A stretch of 63,979 bases of DNA, filler included, from an uncultured Methanosarcinales archaeon (GTDB lineage: Archaea > Nanobdellota > Nanobdellia > Woesearchaeales > CAYXTQ01), in NCBI GenBank assembly GCA_964608065.1. It is 3 parts of 3 records of this genome, joined end to end, with 100 filler letters (N's around TTAATTAATTAA, not from the genome) between each part and the next. Parts side by side here need not be neighbours in the genome. Positions count along the whole stretch, not along the records: positions 47,106 to 63,979 come from CAZSMA010000025.1; 2 more parts are not named here. One strand, 5' to 3'. This document shows, in pieces, positions 50,876 to 61,413 of this stretch. Positions within the stretch are counted from its first letter, which is position 1; each line of letters starts with the position of its first letter. The notes under the pieces were generated by a model that was not told the DNA's origin, searched no databases, and saw only the letters and a list, made by a program, of their open reading frames with translations. The position numbers and the translations under genes are program-made.

Positions 50876-51490
50876 ATGGCATCTTACGGAATGGGGTTAA
50901 GAGGTTTTATTCAAACTTTAGATTCTTGGGGCTTAACAGACATTTTATTACCCTTTCTCTTAGTGTTCACTCTAATATTTGCAATGATGCAAAAAACTAT
51001 GTTACTAGGTGAAAAAAAGAAAAATCTTAATGTAGTAGTATCACTTGTATTTGCATTGCTTGTTGTAGTTCCGCACGTAACCGGAACATACCAGCTCATG
51101 TTAGGAGCTTATGACCCTGTAGAGATTATAAACAGAGCAATTCCATCTGTATCTATTGTGATTATAGCAATACTGATGTTATTGTTGTTAATTGGTCTTT
51201 TCGGAGGAGAAGCAAGATTCTTTGGAGTTGCATTCAAAGGCTGGATTATAATAATATCAGTTATCCTGATAATCTGGATTTTTGGATCAGCTGCAGGATG
51301 GTGGGTAGGATGGCAACAAATTATTAACTTATTTGGTTCAGAATCAATGTCGATAATTATAATACTCGTAGTGTTTGGACTAATAATTGCATTTATAACT
51401 GGCGGAGAAGGAGAACGAGAAGAAAGAACAAGGATTAGCAGGTTTGGCACCGACCTAAGTAATATATTTGGTGGTGGCGATAAAAAGTAA
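50876..51490 (+). CDS. Membrane protein, paralog 2 of tandem trio
   Basis: GLTDILLPFLLVFTLIFAMMQKT. Confidence 0.8.
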   Translation: MASYGMGLRGFIQTLDSWGLTDILLPFLLVFTLIFAMMQKTMLLGEKKKNLNVVVSLVFALLVVVPHVTGTYQLMLGAYDPVEIINRAIPSVSIVIIAILMLLLLIGLFGGEARFFGVAFKGWIIIISVILIIWIFGSAAGWWVGWQQIINLFGSESMSIIIILVVFGLIIAFITGGEGEREERTRISRFGTDLSNIFGGGDKK

Positions 51491-51503
51491 AAAAAAAAAA
51501 AAA

Positions 51504-52091
51504 ATGGCTACATTCCTTGACATTGCATTATTGGAAAAATTTTCAGTTATTTTTCCTTTTTTATTAACTTTTGTTGTAGCTTATGCTGCATTGTCTAGTT
51601 CAAAAATTTTAGGAAGTAATCGGGCATTGAGCTCCTTTTTTTCTATTATACTTGCTTTTTTTACTTTTTTTTCACCAACTATAAGGGCTATTATAAACAG
51701 AATGGCTCCTTGGTTTATTCTTCTTTTCATAGCAACAATATTTATTGTAATGGTCTTTAAGACCTATGGAGCTACAGATGATGATATATTGGGCCAAATA
51801 AGACATCCTAGATACGGCAGCCAAATTGTTTGGGCTTTTCTTTCAATAATCATAATAATAATAATAGGATCAATAACAAGCGTTACTCTAAGAGACAGTG
51901 ATAAAGGACTTAGACCGATAGGAGTGAATATGACTGCAGAAAGTGGAGGTAGTACACACACAGATATAATAACAGAAAAAAATGTTTTTTGGGATACACT
52001 GCTTCATCCAAAAGTTTTAGGGCTTATAGCAATACTTTTAATAGCAAATTTTACAGTTGCTAGACTAGCTGAAGGGGGACCCCATAACTAA
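51504..52091 (+). CDS. Membrane protein, paralog 3 of tandem trio
   Basis: FSVIFPFLLTFVVAYAALSSSK. Confidence 0.8.
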   Translation: MATFLDIALLEKFSVIFPFLLTFVVAYAALSSSKILGSNRALSSFFSIILAFFTFFSPTIRAIINRMAPWFILLFIATIFIVMVFKTYGATDDDILGQIRHPRYGSQIVWAFLSIIIIIIIGSITSVTLRDSDKGLRPIGVNMTAESGGSTHTDIITEKNVFWDTLLHPKVLGLIAILLIANFTVARLAEGGPHN

Positions 52092-52103
52092 TTTTTTATT
52101 TAT

Positions 52104-52769
52104 TTACTTCTTAGAACCAGTTTTCCTAGCATTTCTTGTAATCCTAGAAAGTTCATTAACATTTTCTGTTAAAGTAGGCAATACTTTCTGAAATACCTTT
52201 TCCATAACCTTTATTTCAGTACCTACATTAAGGATGTTTTGATCGTATTCTCCAATCTTACCTATAACAGCCTGGTGCAGTTTATCAAAATCATTTTTTA
52301 AGTCTTTAAATTGCTGTTCTAAAGAAGATATCTTAGATTCAGATTTATTTTTCCACTCGATAATTTTGTTTATGTTTTTCACTAATTCATCCCATTTTTC
52401 ATCAATGATTGCTTCTGCTACTTCCTCTATCCTTTCCCTATCTACACCCTGTTCTTCAGCTTCAGGTCTAATTTGAGGTGGAGGTCCTAATGGAAATGGC
52501 ATAGCTTGCTCTGTACCCATTTCAACTGGTTGAACAGTGTTTGCAACCCCCCATTTAATATCTGCTTGATTTATTGCGTTAAATATCTGATCAGAATCAT
52601 AGCCTAATCTTTGCAAGTTTTGGATAATCTGGTTATTGGTCATGCCTTGCTGTCTCATACTAAGTACTTTATCAATTGGTGTATCCATAGGTGGTCCTGG
52701 CGGAGGTAATTGCATCTCATCCTCTCTTTTTTTATTTTTATTTCCTTTAGCTATTTTGAATAAAGACAT
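52104..52769 (-). CDS. Pro-rich coiled-coil hypothetical protein
   Basis: IEEVAEAIIDEKW, coiled coil, EIKVMEKVFQKVLP. Confidence 0.75.
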   Translation of the reverse strand: MSLFKIAKGNKNKKREDEMQLPPPGPPMDTPIDKVLSMRQQGMTNNQIIQNLQRLGYDSDQIFNAINQADIKWGVANTVQPVEMGTEQAMPFPLGPPPQIRPEAEEQGVDRERIEEVAEAIIDEKWDELVKNINKIIEWKNKSESKISSLEQQFKDLKNDFDKLHQAVIGKIGEYDQNILNVGTEIKVMEKVFQKVLPTLTENVNELSRITRNARKTGSKK

Positions 52770-52833
52770 TGACTATCACCAACTTTTTGTTATTTAGTAA
52801 CAATAAACTAACGTCATATATATTTAAAACTTT

Positions 52834-53298
52834 CTATTTGTTTTTATTATCAGCAACGATATATTTAACTATTTTTTCAACTTCTTCGTGCGTAACAAAC
52901 TTGATTGGTTCCCATAAATTAATATATTTACTAAGAACTTTTACTTCTTCTCTCTTTGCTGTCTTCTTCAATTCATCTATCACTTGTCTAATCGTGCTTT
53001 TTATTATATCCACTTCTTTTTTTATATCATCTATTTCTGTAGTTAAGGCCTTAATATCTGTAATACTTTTCTTATTAGTAGCCAACATATTTTGTTCTGT
53101 TAACTGAGATTTCCTTCTTAGATTATTATATCTCTCTTCCAAAACCCTTACTCTCCTGTTAACTAATGATAACTCACTTGAAATCGCATTAACATTATCA
53201 ACAGAAGGTCCTAAAGCTTCTTTATGACCAAACATCTTGTGTTTCCCTTTATCTTCTTCTGAAGTTTGTTTTTTCCCAAAAAGTTGTACATCTGGCAT
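52834..53298 (-). CDS. Coiled-coil hypothetical protein
   Basis: RRVRVLEERY, KYINLWEPIKFVT. Confidence 0.75.
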   Translation of the reverse strand: MPDVQLFGKKQTSEEDKGKHKMFGHKEALGPSVDNVNAISSELSLVNRRVRVLEERYNNLRRKSQLTEQNMLATNKKSITDIKALTTEIDDIKKEVDIIKSTIRQVIDELKKTAKREEVKVLSKYINLWEPIKFVTHEEVEKIVKYIVADNKNK

Positions 53299-53515
53299 TT
53301 TAATATTTATATTAATTACACCATTTATAATAAATTTATGTGAGTATATAAAAGTGGTATATAGTTATTGAAACCAAAGTTTTATATATCAAACATATTA
53401 TATAATATATATAATAGAATAAAATAATATAAAATATATTTTATAATATAAAACCTACTCATAAAATGAGTAAGCTTACGAACGAAGTGAGTACGGTTTA
53501 GCATTTTCGTATAAA

Positions 53516-53662
53516 ATGGTAAAAAAACCAATCTCAGCAACAATCGATGAAGCTCTTATAAAGTGGATAAATAAAAGAGCAGAAGACAAAACCAAGTACA
53601 GAAACAAATCTCATTTGATTGAAATAGCGCTTGAACTATTAAAAAAAGAGGAAAAAGAGTAA
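53516..53662 (+). CDS. Small RHH protein (not in ORF track)
   Basis: MVKKPISATIDEALIKWI...YRNKSHLIEIALE. Confidence 0.8.
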   Translation: MVKKPISATIDEALIKWINKRAEDKTKYRNKSHLIEIALELLKKEEKE

Positions 53663-53674
53663 AAAAAAAAAAAA

Positions 53675-55942
53675 ATGGCTTTATTCCAGGAAAAAAAGAA
53701 AGCATTCTCGTACGACGTAATAAGGGAAGGGGATGATGTGACACTAAGGGTTGATCTAGAAAGTTATAGTCTGACCCCTTCTATAGAAGATGATCCTATC
53801 TGTATGTCAAGAGTATTAGACATATTATTAGAAGTGGGTAACATAACAAAGATTATTTTTTATCAGAAAAGGGATTATGAATATGAGTATGACCAGACAC
53901 AAATATTAGTAGAAACAGCCAAGTTATATGGTCATATCGTAAGACAAAAAGTAATTAGTTATAGTAGTGTGGGTGATGCAGTAAAATATGCTGAAATGCA
54001 GCATATAATATTCCAGTTATTGAAAAGTGATCCTATCGGAGCATATATAGAACTAAAAAGAATTCTAAGAAGGGAGAACATAAAAGCACAGAGAAATCCG
54101 GAAAAACAAGTTACTGCTAATATTAAGAAATATATTTCATTATTGAATTATTTGATAAGATTAATTGAGAAAACAAAACTAATAAATTTAGCAAAGCCGT
54201 ACTTAGCAGGGCTCAAAGTAGGTGATAGAAGTGTTTACAGCAAGATATTCAGCCCATCTATCAAGCCGGATTTTATGTTCACAAAACTTATGGCTTCCTT
54301 CCCTCCTGAAGCTGAAGAACTTGACACATACGATGTAGGCAACACTGAAGTCACTATCTTTGCTATGCCTGATACAATACAGTACCTCTATCACATAATG
54401 CCACCTGAATTTAAGTTAAGTGAAGAAAAATATGAGATTGTTGATCTTGCAAGAAAAGTAATGGCAGAGCACAAACCGACAAAAAAAGAGTTTGTAGAGC
54501 CTGAAAGAATGAGGCAGGTCTTCTCTAATGTTGGCCACGACCTAATAGAAGAATTAGCTGACAACAGACATCTTAGATTAAGGGAAAAAGAACTAAATGA
54601 ACTCACAAATATTCTAGTAAGATATACTGTAGGATTTGGACTTATAGAAATATTATTAGAGGATGAAAAAGTACAGGACATAACAATTAACTCTCCAATG
54701 GGCAGAATCCCAATGTTTCTTGTTCATCAGGATTACGCTGACTGCACAACTAACATAGTTCCTACTTTAAGCGAAGCTGAATCATGGGCTTCTAAATTAA
54801 GACTAATATCAGGAAGACCGTTAGATGAGGCAAATCCTATTTTAGATACAGAATTAAGCATTCCAAAAGCTAATGCTAGAGTCGCTGTAATATCTCCTCC
54901 ACTAAATCCTTTTGGTCTGGCATATGCTTTTAGAAGGCATCGTGACCGTCCTTGGACACTTCCTTTGTTTATCAACAACAGAATGATAAATCCATTAGCT
55001 GCTGGAATCATTAGTTTCTTAGTTGATGGTTCAAGAACATTACTTGTAGCTGGAACAAGGTCTGCAGGAAAAACATCTTTATTAGGGTCATTATTGACAG
55101 AAATAATGAGAAAGTTCAGAATAATCACAATAGAAGACACTCTAGAACTGCCAACAACTCCCCTAAGAAAGCTAGGTTATAATATCCAGGCAATGAAAGT
55201 AGCATCTGCTATGACTAAAGGCACTGCAGAAGTCTCTGCAGATGAAGGAATAAGAACAACATTAAGAATGGGAGATTCATGTTTGATTATAGGAGAAGTC
55301 AGAAGTACTGAAGCTAAAGCATTATACGAGGCAATGAGGATAGGTGCATCAGCTAATGTTGTAGCAGGAACAATACACGCAGACTCACCATATGGTGTTT
55401 TTGACAGGGTTGTAAATGATTTAGGTGTTCCAAGAACCAGTTTTAAGGCAACAGATGTTGTAATAGTTTCCAACCCAATAAGGTCTTCTGATAGTTTGCA
55501 TAGATTTAGGCGTGTTACCCAAATAACAGAAGTAAGAAAATACTGGGAAAATGATCCTTTATTAGAAAAAGGTTTTGTTGACCTTATGAAATATCAAAGC
55601 AAAAGCGATCAGCTTGAACCAAGCGATGATCTAATCAATGGCGAATCTGATGTATTAAAAGCTATTGCAGGCAATGTCAGGGAATGGGCTGGTAACTGGG
55701 ATGCTGTATGGGACAATATCATGCTAAGAACTAAAATTAAAGAAACTTTAGTTAATTTTGCTAATGAAACCAACATGCTCAGCCTTTTAGAGGCTCCTTT
55801 TGTAATACAATCTAACGACCAGTTCCACAGAATCTCTGATAAAGTTAAAGAAGAAGTTGGAGCTTTAGATTCTAAAAAAATATTTTTTGATTGGAACGAA
55901 TGGTTAAAAAGAACTGCAAAAAAAATAAACCTGAAACAATAA
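53675..55942 (+). CDS. Type II/IV secretion / type IV pilus ATPase (FlaI/TadA/VirB11 family)
   Basis: AGTRSAGKT, ITIEDTLEL, LRMGD..IIGEVR, GTIHA. Confidence 0.92.
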   Translation: MALFQEKKKAFSYDVIREGDDVTLRVDLESYSLTPSIEDDPICMSRVLDILLEVGNITKIIFYQKRDYEYEYDQTQILVETAKLYGHIVRQKVISYSSVGDAVKYAEMQHIIFQLLKSDPIGAYIELKRILRRENIKAQRNPEKQVTANIKKYISLLNYLIRLIEKTKLINLAKPYLAGLKVGDRSVYSKIFSPSIKPDFMFTKLMASFPPEAEELDTYDVGNTEVTIFAMPDTIQYLYHIMPPEFKLSEEKYEIVDLARKVMAEHKPTKKEFVEPERMRQVFSNVGHDLIEELADNRHLRLREKELNELTNILVRYTVGFGLIEILLEDEKVQDITINSPMGRIPMFLVHQDYADCTTNIVPTLSEAESWASKLRLISGRPLDEANPILDTELSIPKANARVAVISPPLNPFGLAYAFRRHRDRPWTLPLFINNRMINPLAAGIISFLVDGSRTLLVAGTRSAGKTSLLGSLLTEIMRKFRIITIEDTLELPTTPLRKLGYNIQAMKVASAMTKGTAEVSADEGIRTTLRMGDSCLIIGEVRSTEAKALYEAMRIGASANVVAGTIHADSPYGVFDRVVNDLGVPRTSFKATDVVIVSNPIRSSDSLHRFRRVTQITEVRKYWENDPLLEKGFVDLMKYQSKSDQLEPSDDLINGESDVLKAIAGNVREWAGNWDAVWDNIMLRTKIKETLVNFANETNMLSLLEAPFVIQSNDQFHRISDKVKEEVGALDSKKIFFDWNEWLKRTAKKINLKQ

Positions 55943-55992
55943 TGAAAACCAACGAAGTTGGTGCCAAAAATCATTGGAGGTGATTTTTAAGC

Positions 55993-58137
55993 ATGCCTGA
56001 AACTCCTGAAGAAGAAATAAAAAATATAATGGCGAAATATAATAAGAAAATAAAAGATCAGTTAGGTGGACATATAGAGAAAGTTCCAAAAGTTGTTTTT
56101 TCTAAAGAATATCAGGATTTCAAATCAGAGTATATGCCCAAAAATCTGACAATATATGAAAAATTATGTGATTTAAGCGAGAAAATTCTTAAAGTAAAAG
56201 TAAATGAAAAAAACCAAAAAGCATTGGAAGAATCTATTGAGATATCTCACCTGAATATAACTCCTGCAGGAGCTTCTTCATTTTCATTACTCGCCCCTAT
56301 GATGGTTATATTGCTTGGATCTATAATTAGTTTCATATTAACTGAAGGGTTCTTCTTCATTTTTTTCTTTTTTCTTATTGGGATCTTATTAATGGGTCCT
56401 ATAACAAAACTACCTCATTTTATAGCTAATAACTGGAGGATGAAGTCATCTAACCAGATGGTGTTATGCATTTTTTATATAGTAACGTATATGAGGCACA
56501 CTTCAAACTTAGAACTAGCAATAAATTTTGCTTCTGAACATATTGCTCCGCCTTTATCTTTAGACCTAAAAAAAATTCTCTGGGATGTTGAAACAGAAAA
56601 ATATGCTTCAATTAAAGAATCTTTAGATATATACTTAGAATCCTGGAAAAAATGGAATTTTGAGTTTATTGAAGCTTTCCATTTAATTGAAGGCAGCTTA
56701 TACGAGGGAGTAGAAGACAGAAGGTTGGAATTGTTAGAAAAATCACTGGATATAATATTAACAGAGACTTATGAAAAAATGCTGCATTATGCTCATGATC
56801 TTAAATCACCAATAACAATGCTGCATATGTTAGGAATAATAATGCCAATTCTTGGTTTAGTTATACTGCCATTAGTTGTAAGTTTCATGGAAAATGTAAA
56901 ATGGTATCATATTGCTGCTTTGTATAATGTATTATTACCTATCGTCGTTTATTATATGGGGAAACAAATTTTATCAAAAAGACCAACAGGTTATGGTGAT
57001 ACTGATGCTTCAGAATATGATCCCGAATTAAAAAAAATGAAAAATGTTATAATCAAGTTAGGCAAAAGAGAAATTAAAATAAATCCTGCATATGTGGCTT
57101 TCTTCATTATAGCAACATTTCTGCTGATAGGACTAAGTCCTTTAATCATCCACTCTGTTGCTCCTGATTTTGATATACAGGGAGAAAATTTTCAATTGTT
57201 AGAATACAGACAAAGCAAAGCAGATACTGAAAAAGCGATAGGGCCTTATGGTTTAGGAGCATCTATATTAAGCTTGTTTATTACAATGGCTGTCGGTTTA
57301 AGTATAGGCATTTACTGGAAATTAAGATCAAAGAATGTCATAAAAATCCGAGAAAAAACTAAAAAACTGGAAAATGAATTTGCTTCTTCATTATTTCAAC
57401 TTGGCAATAGGTTAGGGGATGGCTTACCTGCAGAGGTTGCTTTTGGCAAAGTTGCTTCTACTATGGAAGGTACTTTCTCTGGCGATTTTTTCTCAATAGT
57501 CAATATGAACATAAGAAAACTTGGAATGAGTGTAAAACAGGCAATCTTTGATAAAAAAACAGGAGCTATAACTTATTTTCCATCTAATTTGATTGAAAGC
57601 TCAATGAAAGTTTTAATTGAAAGTGTAAAAAAAGGGCCGAAAGTTGCAGCTCAGGCTTTGCTAAATATCTCAAGGTATGTAAAGGAGATTCACAAAGTAA
57701 ATGAACGTCTTCGTGACTTAATGGCTGAAATTATATCCTCTATGAAAGCTCAGATAAAATTCCTTACACCAGCAATATCTGGAATTGTTGTCGGAATAAC
57801 GTCTATGATAACTGCAATCCTTGGTAAATTAGGACAAATATTACCTGAAGTAGCAGGAGGAGCCGGTGGAGCAGGAGCTGCTAACTTAACAGACTTATTC
57901 GGAGACTCTATCCCGACATATTATTTCCAGATAGTTGTTGGCTTGTATGTTATACAAATAATCTATGTCCTTACTATCTTATCTAATGGTATTGAGAACG
58001 GTTCTGATAAATTAAGTGAACATTATAATCTTGGATCTAACTTAACAAAAAGCACTTTGATATATGTTATTATTACTCTATTTGTAACAATAGTCTTCAA
58101 CCTGATAGCAAACACAATAATGCCAAATATACTTTGA
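55993..58137 (+). CDS. FlaJ/TadC-like (T2SS-F) membrane platform protein
   Basis: Duplicated T2SSF-like domains with TM blocks, directly after the ATPase. Confidence 0.8.
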   Translation: MPETPEEEIKNIMAKYNKKIKDQLGGHIEKVPKVVFSKEYQDFKSEYMPKNLTIYEKLCDLSEKILKVKVNEKNQKALEESIEISHLNITPAGASSFSLLAPMMVILLGSIISFILTEGFFFIFFFFLIGILLMGPITKLPHFIANNWRMKSSNQMVLCIFYIVTYMRHTSNLELAINFASEHIAPPLSLDLKKILWDVETEKYASIKESLDIYLESWKKWNFEFIEAFHLIEGSLYEGVEDRRLELLEKSLDIILTETYEKMLHYAHDLKSPITMLHMLGIIMPILGLVILPLVVSFMENVKWYHIAALYNVLLPIVVYYMGKQILSKRPTGYGDTDASEYDPELKKMKNVIIKLGKREIKINPAYVAFFIIATFLLIGLSPLIIHSVAPDFDIQGENFQLLEYRQSKADTEKAIGPYGLGASILSLFITMAVGLSIGIYWKLRSKNVIKIREKTKKLENEFASSLFQLGNRLGDGLPAEVAFGKVASTMEGTFSGDFFSIVNMNIRKLGMSVKQAIFDKKTGAITYFPSNLIESSMKVLIESVKKGPKVAAQALLNISRYVKEIHKVNERLRDLMAEIISSMKAQIKFLTPAISGIVVGITSMITAILGKLGQILPEVAGGAGGAGAANLTDLFGDSIPTYYFQIVVGLYVIQIIYVLTILSNGIENGSDKLSEHYNLGSNLTKSTLIYVIITLFVTIVFNLIANTIMPNIL

Positions 58138-58165
58138 TTCTTTAAGAATTTAAAAAAGAAAAAAA

Positions 58166-58254
58166 TGAGAACGCGGGAATTTGAATCCCGGACAACTACG
58201 TTTCTAAAGAATAGTTCTTCAGCGTAGTGCTCTCCCAGGCTGAGCTACGTTCCC
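58166..58254 (-). tRNA. tRNA-Phe(GAA) with 15-nt intron at 37/38 (58202-58216)
   Basis: GGGAACG/CGTTCTC acceptor, GCTC/GAGC D-stem, CTACG/CGTAG anticodon stem with CTGAAG, CGGGA-TTCAAAT-TCCCG T-arm. Confidence 0.93.
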
Positions 58255-58320
58255 CTGCTTTAGATTGAATTTCTATTTTTATTTATAAATCTTTCTTAAA
58301 TTAAAAAACAAAAAAAAAAA

Positions 58321-58749
58321 TTATTTATCTAGAACTTCTTCTTCAACAGCTTCTTCATATTCATCTGTTGTCATCTCTTCTTCTGAAGCAGGTTTTGGTT
58401 TATTTAATTCATCCTTATCTTCTTCTTCAGTTTTCTCATCTTCTGTAACTACTTCAGACCCTTTCTCAACAATCTCTAATTTTCCAAACTTACCTGCAGT
58501 CAGCTGTAGCTCTCCCTGAAACTCATTAACATAACCATTTATGATATGGACTCTATCTCCAACATTAACTGTATCTGCTTGCTCATTCCATAGACTTAGT
58601 TTAATTTCTCCAGAATCATCCTTTACAGTAGCACTACAAACCTTTCCTTTCTTGCCAAATTTCTCAAACTCTCTTGGCTCATCTTTTGCTGTAACTTCTA
58701 CAACAATATCAACTTTTCCTTGCCTTGCTTTTAAATCTGTAATTGCCAT
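58321..58749 (-). CDS. ssb: Single OB-fold ssDNA-binding protein with acidic tail
   Basis: ATVKDDSGEIKLSLWNEQ, NGYVNEFQGELQL. Confidence 0.88.
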   Translation of the reverse strand: MAITDLKARQGKVDIVVEVTAKDEPREFEKFGKKGKVCSATVKDDSGEIKLSLWNEQADTVNVGDRVHIINGYVNEFQGELQLTAGKFGKLEIVEKGSEVVTEDEKTEEEDKDELNKPKPASEEEMTTDEYEEAVEEEVLDK

Positions 58750-58763
58750 ACGATCACCCTCAA

Positions 58764-60260
58764 TTATATTTTTGTTTCTTGATTCAGTAGTTTTTTTAAT
58801 GTTTCTTTTAAATCTTTCCCTTTTACCCTTACTTGCTTAGTACTATCTCTATCTCTAACAGTAACGCTATTGTCTTTCAAAGAATCAAAATCAATTGTAA
58901 CACAGTATGGGGTTCCAACCTCATCTGCTCTAGCATATCTTCTTCCAATTGAACCACTTCTGTCATACTGACATATAAACTCTTTTTTCAACAGATCATA
59001 AACCTTTCTTGCATCTTTATCTAATTTATTGACCAAAGGAAAAACACCTATCTTAACTGGAGCTAAATTTGGATGAAGTTTTAAAACAACATTTCCCCTC
59101 TTCTTATTATCATTATAAGCGTCAAACATAAAAACTAAAAATGCCCTGTCAACACCTTGTGAAGGTTCTATGACATGAGGAACAACTCTTTTCTTGCTTT
59201 CCTCATCAAAAAAACTTAAATCTGTCTTAGAATGTTTTATATGTTGCTGTAAATCAAAATCAGTTCTATTTGCTATTCCTTGCAGTTCCTTCCATCCAAA
59301 TGGAAATTTATACTCTAAATCCCATGTATCCTTAGCATAATGGCTTAATTCCTTGGAAATATGTTGTCTTATCCTAAAATTGTCTGGCTTGCAGCCTAAC
59401 TCAATAAACCACTTATGCGCTAAAGCTAAAAAATAAGCTTGCCATTTATCCTTGATAATTTTATTATCAAGTGCTTGCTTTATTGTTTTTTTTTTTTCTT
59501 TTTGTTTTTTATTCTGCATTTCTTCAGAATAAATCAAGATATTATGGTCCAAAACTTCTTTAATATAAGGGCAATCATCTAATTTTCCAGGATTAATAAA
59601 ATACTCTATCTCCATCATATCAAACTCTCTGCATCTGAAAAGAAAATCTCTTGGAGAAATTTCATTTCTAAAAGCTTTTCCAATTTGTGCAATACCAAAC
59701 GGAAGCTTCATTCTTGCATTTTCCTGAACTAATCTGAAGTTAGTGAAAATCTGCTGTGCAGTTTCTGGCCTGAAATAAGCAATGCTTTCCTTACCGCTAT
59801 CTGCACCAACATTAGTCTTGAACATTAAATTAAAATGTTTTAATTCTTCAAAATCAGAATTACACTGGAGACATTTAAGCTTATTTTTTTTTATCAAACC
59901 ATTAATATCCTCTGCTGACATTCCATCAGCTTGCACTTTTAATTGATCTTCAACAAAAGTATCAGCTCTAACCTTCTTCTTGCACTTAGAGCATATCAAC
60001 ATTATATCTTCAAAAGAATCCAAATGACCTGATGCTTTCCAAACACTTGGGTGGGTTATTAAACTTCCATCAATACCCACAATATCCTCTCTTTGCTGTA
60101 CAAAAGATTTCCACCACTCTGCTTTAATATTATTCTTCAGTTCTACACCTAAATGCCCATAATCAAAAAATCCTGAAATACCCCCATAAATCTCAGAAGT
60201 AGGATAAACAAATCCTTTCCTCTTACAGAATGTTGCCATATCTTCTATTGATATTGTCAT
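58764..60260 (-). CDS. glyS: Glycine--tRNA ligase (alpha2 type)
   Basis: CKRKGF..SEIYGG, RPETAQ, GKAFRNEISPR, SIGRRYARADE. Confidence 0.96.
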   Translation of the reverse strand: MTISIEDMATFCKRKGFVYPTSEIYGGISGFFDYGHLGVELKNNIKAEWWKSFVQQREDIVGIDGSLITHPSVWKASGHLDSFEDIMLICSKCKKKVRADTFVEDQLKVQADGMSAEDINGLIKKNKLKCLQCNSDFEELKHFNLMFKTNVGADSGKESIAYFRPETAQQIFTNFRLVQENARMKLPFGIAQIGKAFRNEISPRDFLFRCREFDMMEIEYFINPGKLDDCPYIKEVLDHNILIYSEEMQNKKQKEKKKTIKQALDNKIIKDKWQAYFLALAHKWFIELGCKPDNFRIRQHISKELSHYAKDTWDLEYKFPFGWKELQGIANRTDFDLQQHIKHSKTDLSFFDEESKKRVVPHVIEPSQGVDRAFLVFMFDAYNDNKKRGNVVLKLHPNLAPVKIGVFPLVNKLDKDARKVYDLLKKEFICQYDRSGSIGRRYARADEVGTPYCVTIDFDSLKDNSVTVRDRDSTKQVRVKGKDLKETLKKLLNQETKI

Positions 60261-60440
60261 TATAGTGCAAACTAACTAGGTTGTATTTAAATTATTTTTG
60301 GTTAATATTTATTCTTTATTTGTAACCACTTCTTAATAGTCAAATAATCGAAAGATTTAAATACACTTATAGTAACTGCAAAGTAATAAAATAGATGAGA
60401 GTCTAAGTTGGCTACTTAGAGCTAAACTCTCAACAAAAGG

Positions 60441-61271
60441 TTGATTCCCTTGGCAGAAGATCCACTTGATGATAGAGTAATTAATGAATATGATAATATT
60501 AAGGGTCAAGGTAGTGCCAGCAACCAACACACTAAAACTAATTCTATAGACGATGTTGTAGAAAAACCTAAAAGTAAAAAAACAACTTTAGGTACAATTG
60601 TAAAAGATCTTTTATTCATAGCTCCGATCGCAGCTGTATGTACAGCATTAGTTGGTCCTGCCGCTTTCCTAACACCTGTAGGGTTATCAATTGGAGGTTA
60701 CATAGCTGATAAAAGGGCAGGAAGAAAAACACCATGGAGTGTTACTAGAAAAAGGATAGGTATAGGTTTTCCTGCTGCAACTCTTGGGTACTGGGCATAT
60801 TCTATACCTGATATTATATCCAACTCAACAATTATAGGTAAGATTGTAAAAACCTTAGTCTTTAATCCACTTATTGTTACACCTTGGCTTTTCTGGTACA
60901 AAATGACAGACCACATACTTCAGAAATATGGTTTCTGGAAAGGATTTGTAAATAGTATTTTTAACTTAAGAATATTCAAATATACAAAGGAAGCATATAA
61001 TACTGCAATAAAAGGTAAATTTAAAGATCTAGTAAAAGAAACTTTCTACACACTAGCACCAATCCACTTCTTTAGTATGAATTATGTTGCTGATCCTTTC
61101 TATAGGTTAGCAATAGGAACAGGTAATGATGTTCTTTTCGCTATGATTGCTGGAGAACAGGGACTGGTCAAATCAATAAAGCAAAAATACGGACCTAAAT
61201 TCAAGAAAATCAAAGACAAATATTTCACACCAAAATCTTACAAGAATTATTCACCATCATACTCAACCTAG
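60441..61271 (+). CDS. Hypothetical membrane protein
   Basis: 276 aa ORF with several hydrophobic segments. Confidence 0.65.
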   Translation: MIPLAEDPLDDRVINEYDNIKGQGSASNQHTKTNSIDDVVEKPKSKKTTLGTIVKDLLFIAPIAAVCTALVGPAAFLTPVGLSIGGYIADKRAGRKTPWSVTRKRIGIGFPAATLGYWAYSIPDIISNSTIIGKIVKTLVFNPLIVTPWLFWYKMTDHILQKYGFWKGFVNSIFNLRIFKYTKEAYNTAIKGKFKDLVKETFYTLAPIHFFSMNYVADPFYRLAIGTGNDVLFAMIAGEQGLVKSIKQKYGPKFKKIKDKYFTPKSYKNYSPSYST

Positions 61272-61306
61272 TTTAACTCATATTCAAGGGAATCACATCC
61301 TTGACC

Positions 61307-61360
61307 GGAAAAGTCCTGCTTTAGCCGAGTAGGGCTTTTCCATTTTTTTTTTTTTTTTTT
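61307..61360 (+). terminator. Hairpin + long T-tract
   Basis: GGAAAAGTCCTGCT...AGTAGGGCTTTTCC followed by poly-T. Confidence 0.6.
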
Positions 61361-61413
61361 ATTTATTTATTTTAACAAAACCTTAATAAACAATAATAGT
61401 TTTCTCTACTCTT

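Noticed and set aside
53380..53455. Extremely AT-rich stretch as possible replication origin
   Set aside because: No ORB-like repeats or cdc6 nearby; explained by a divergent promoter region
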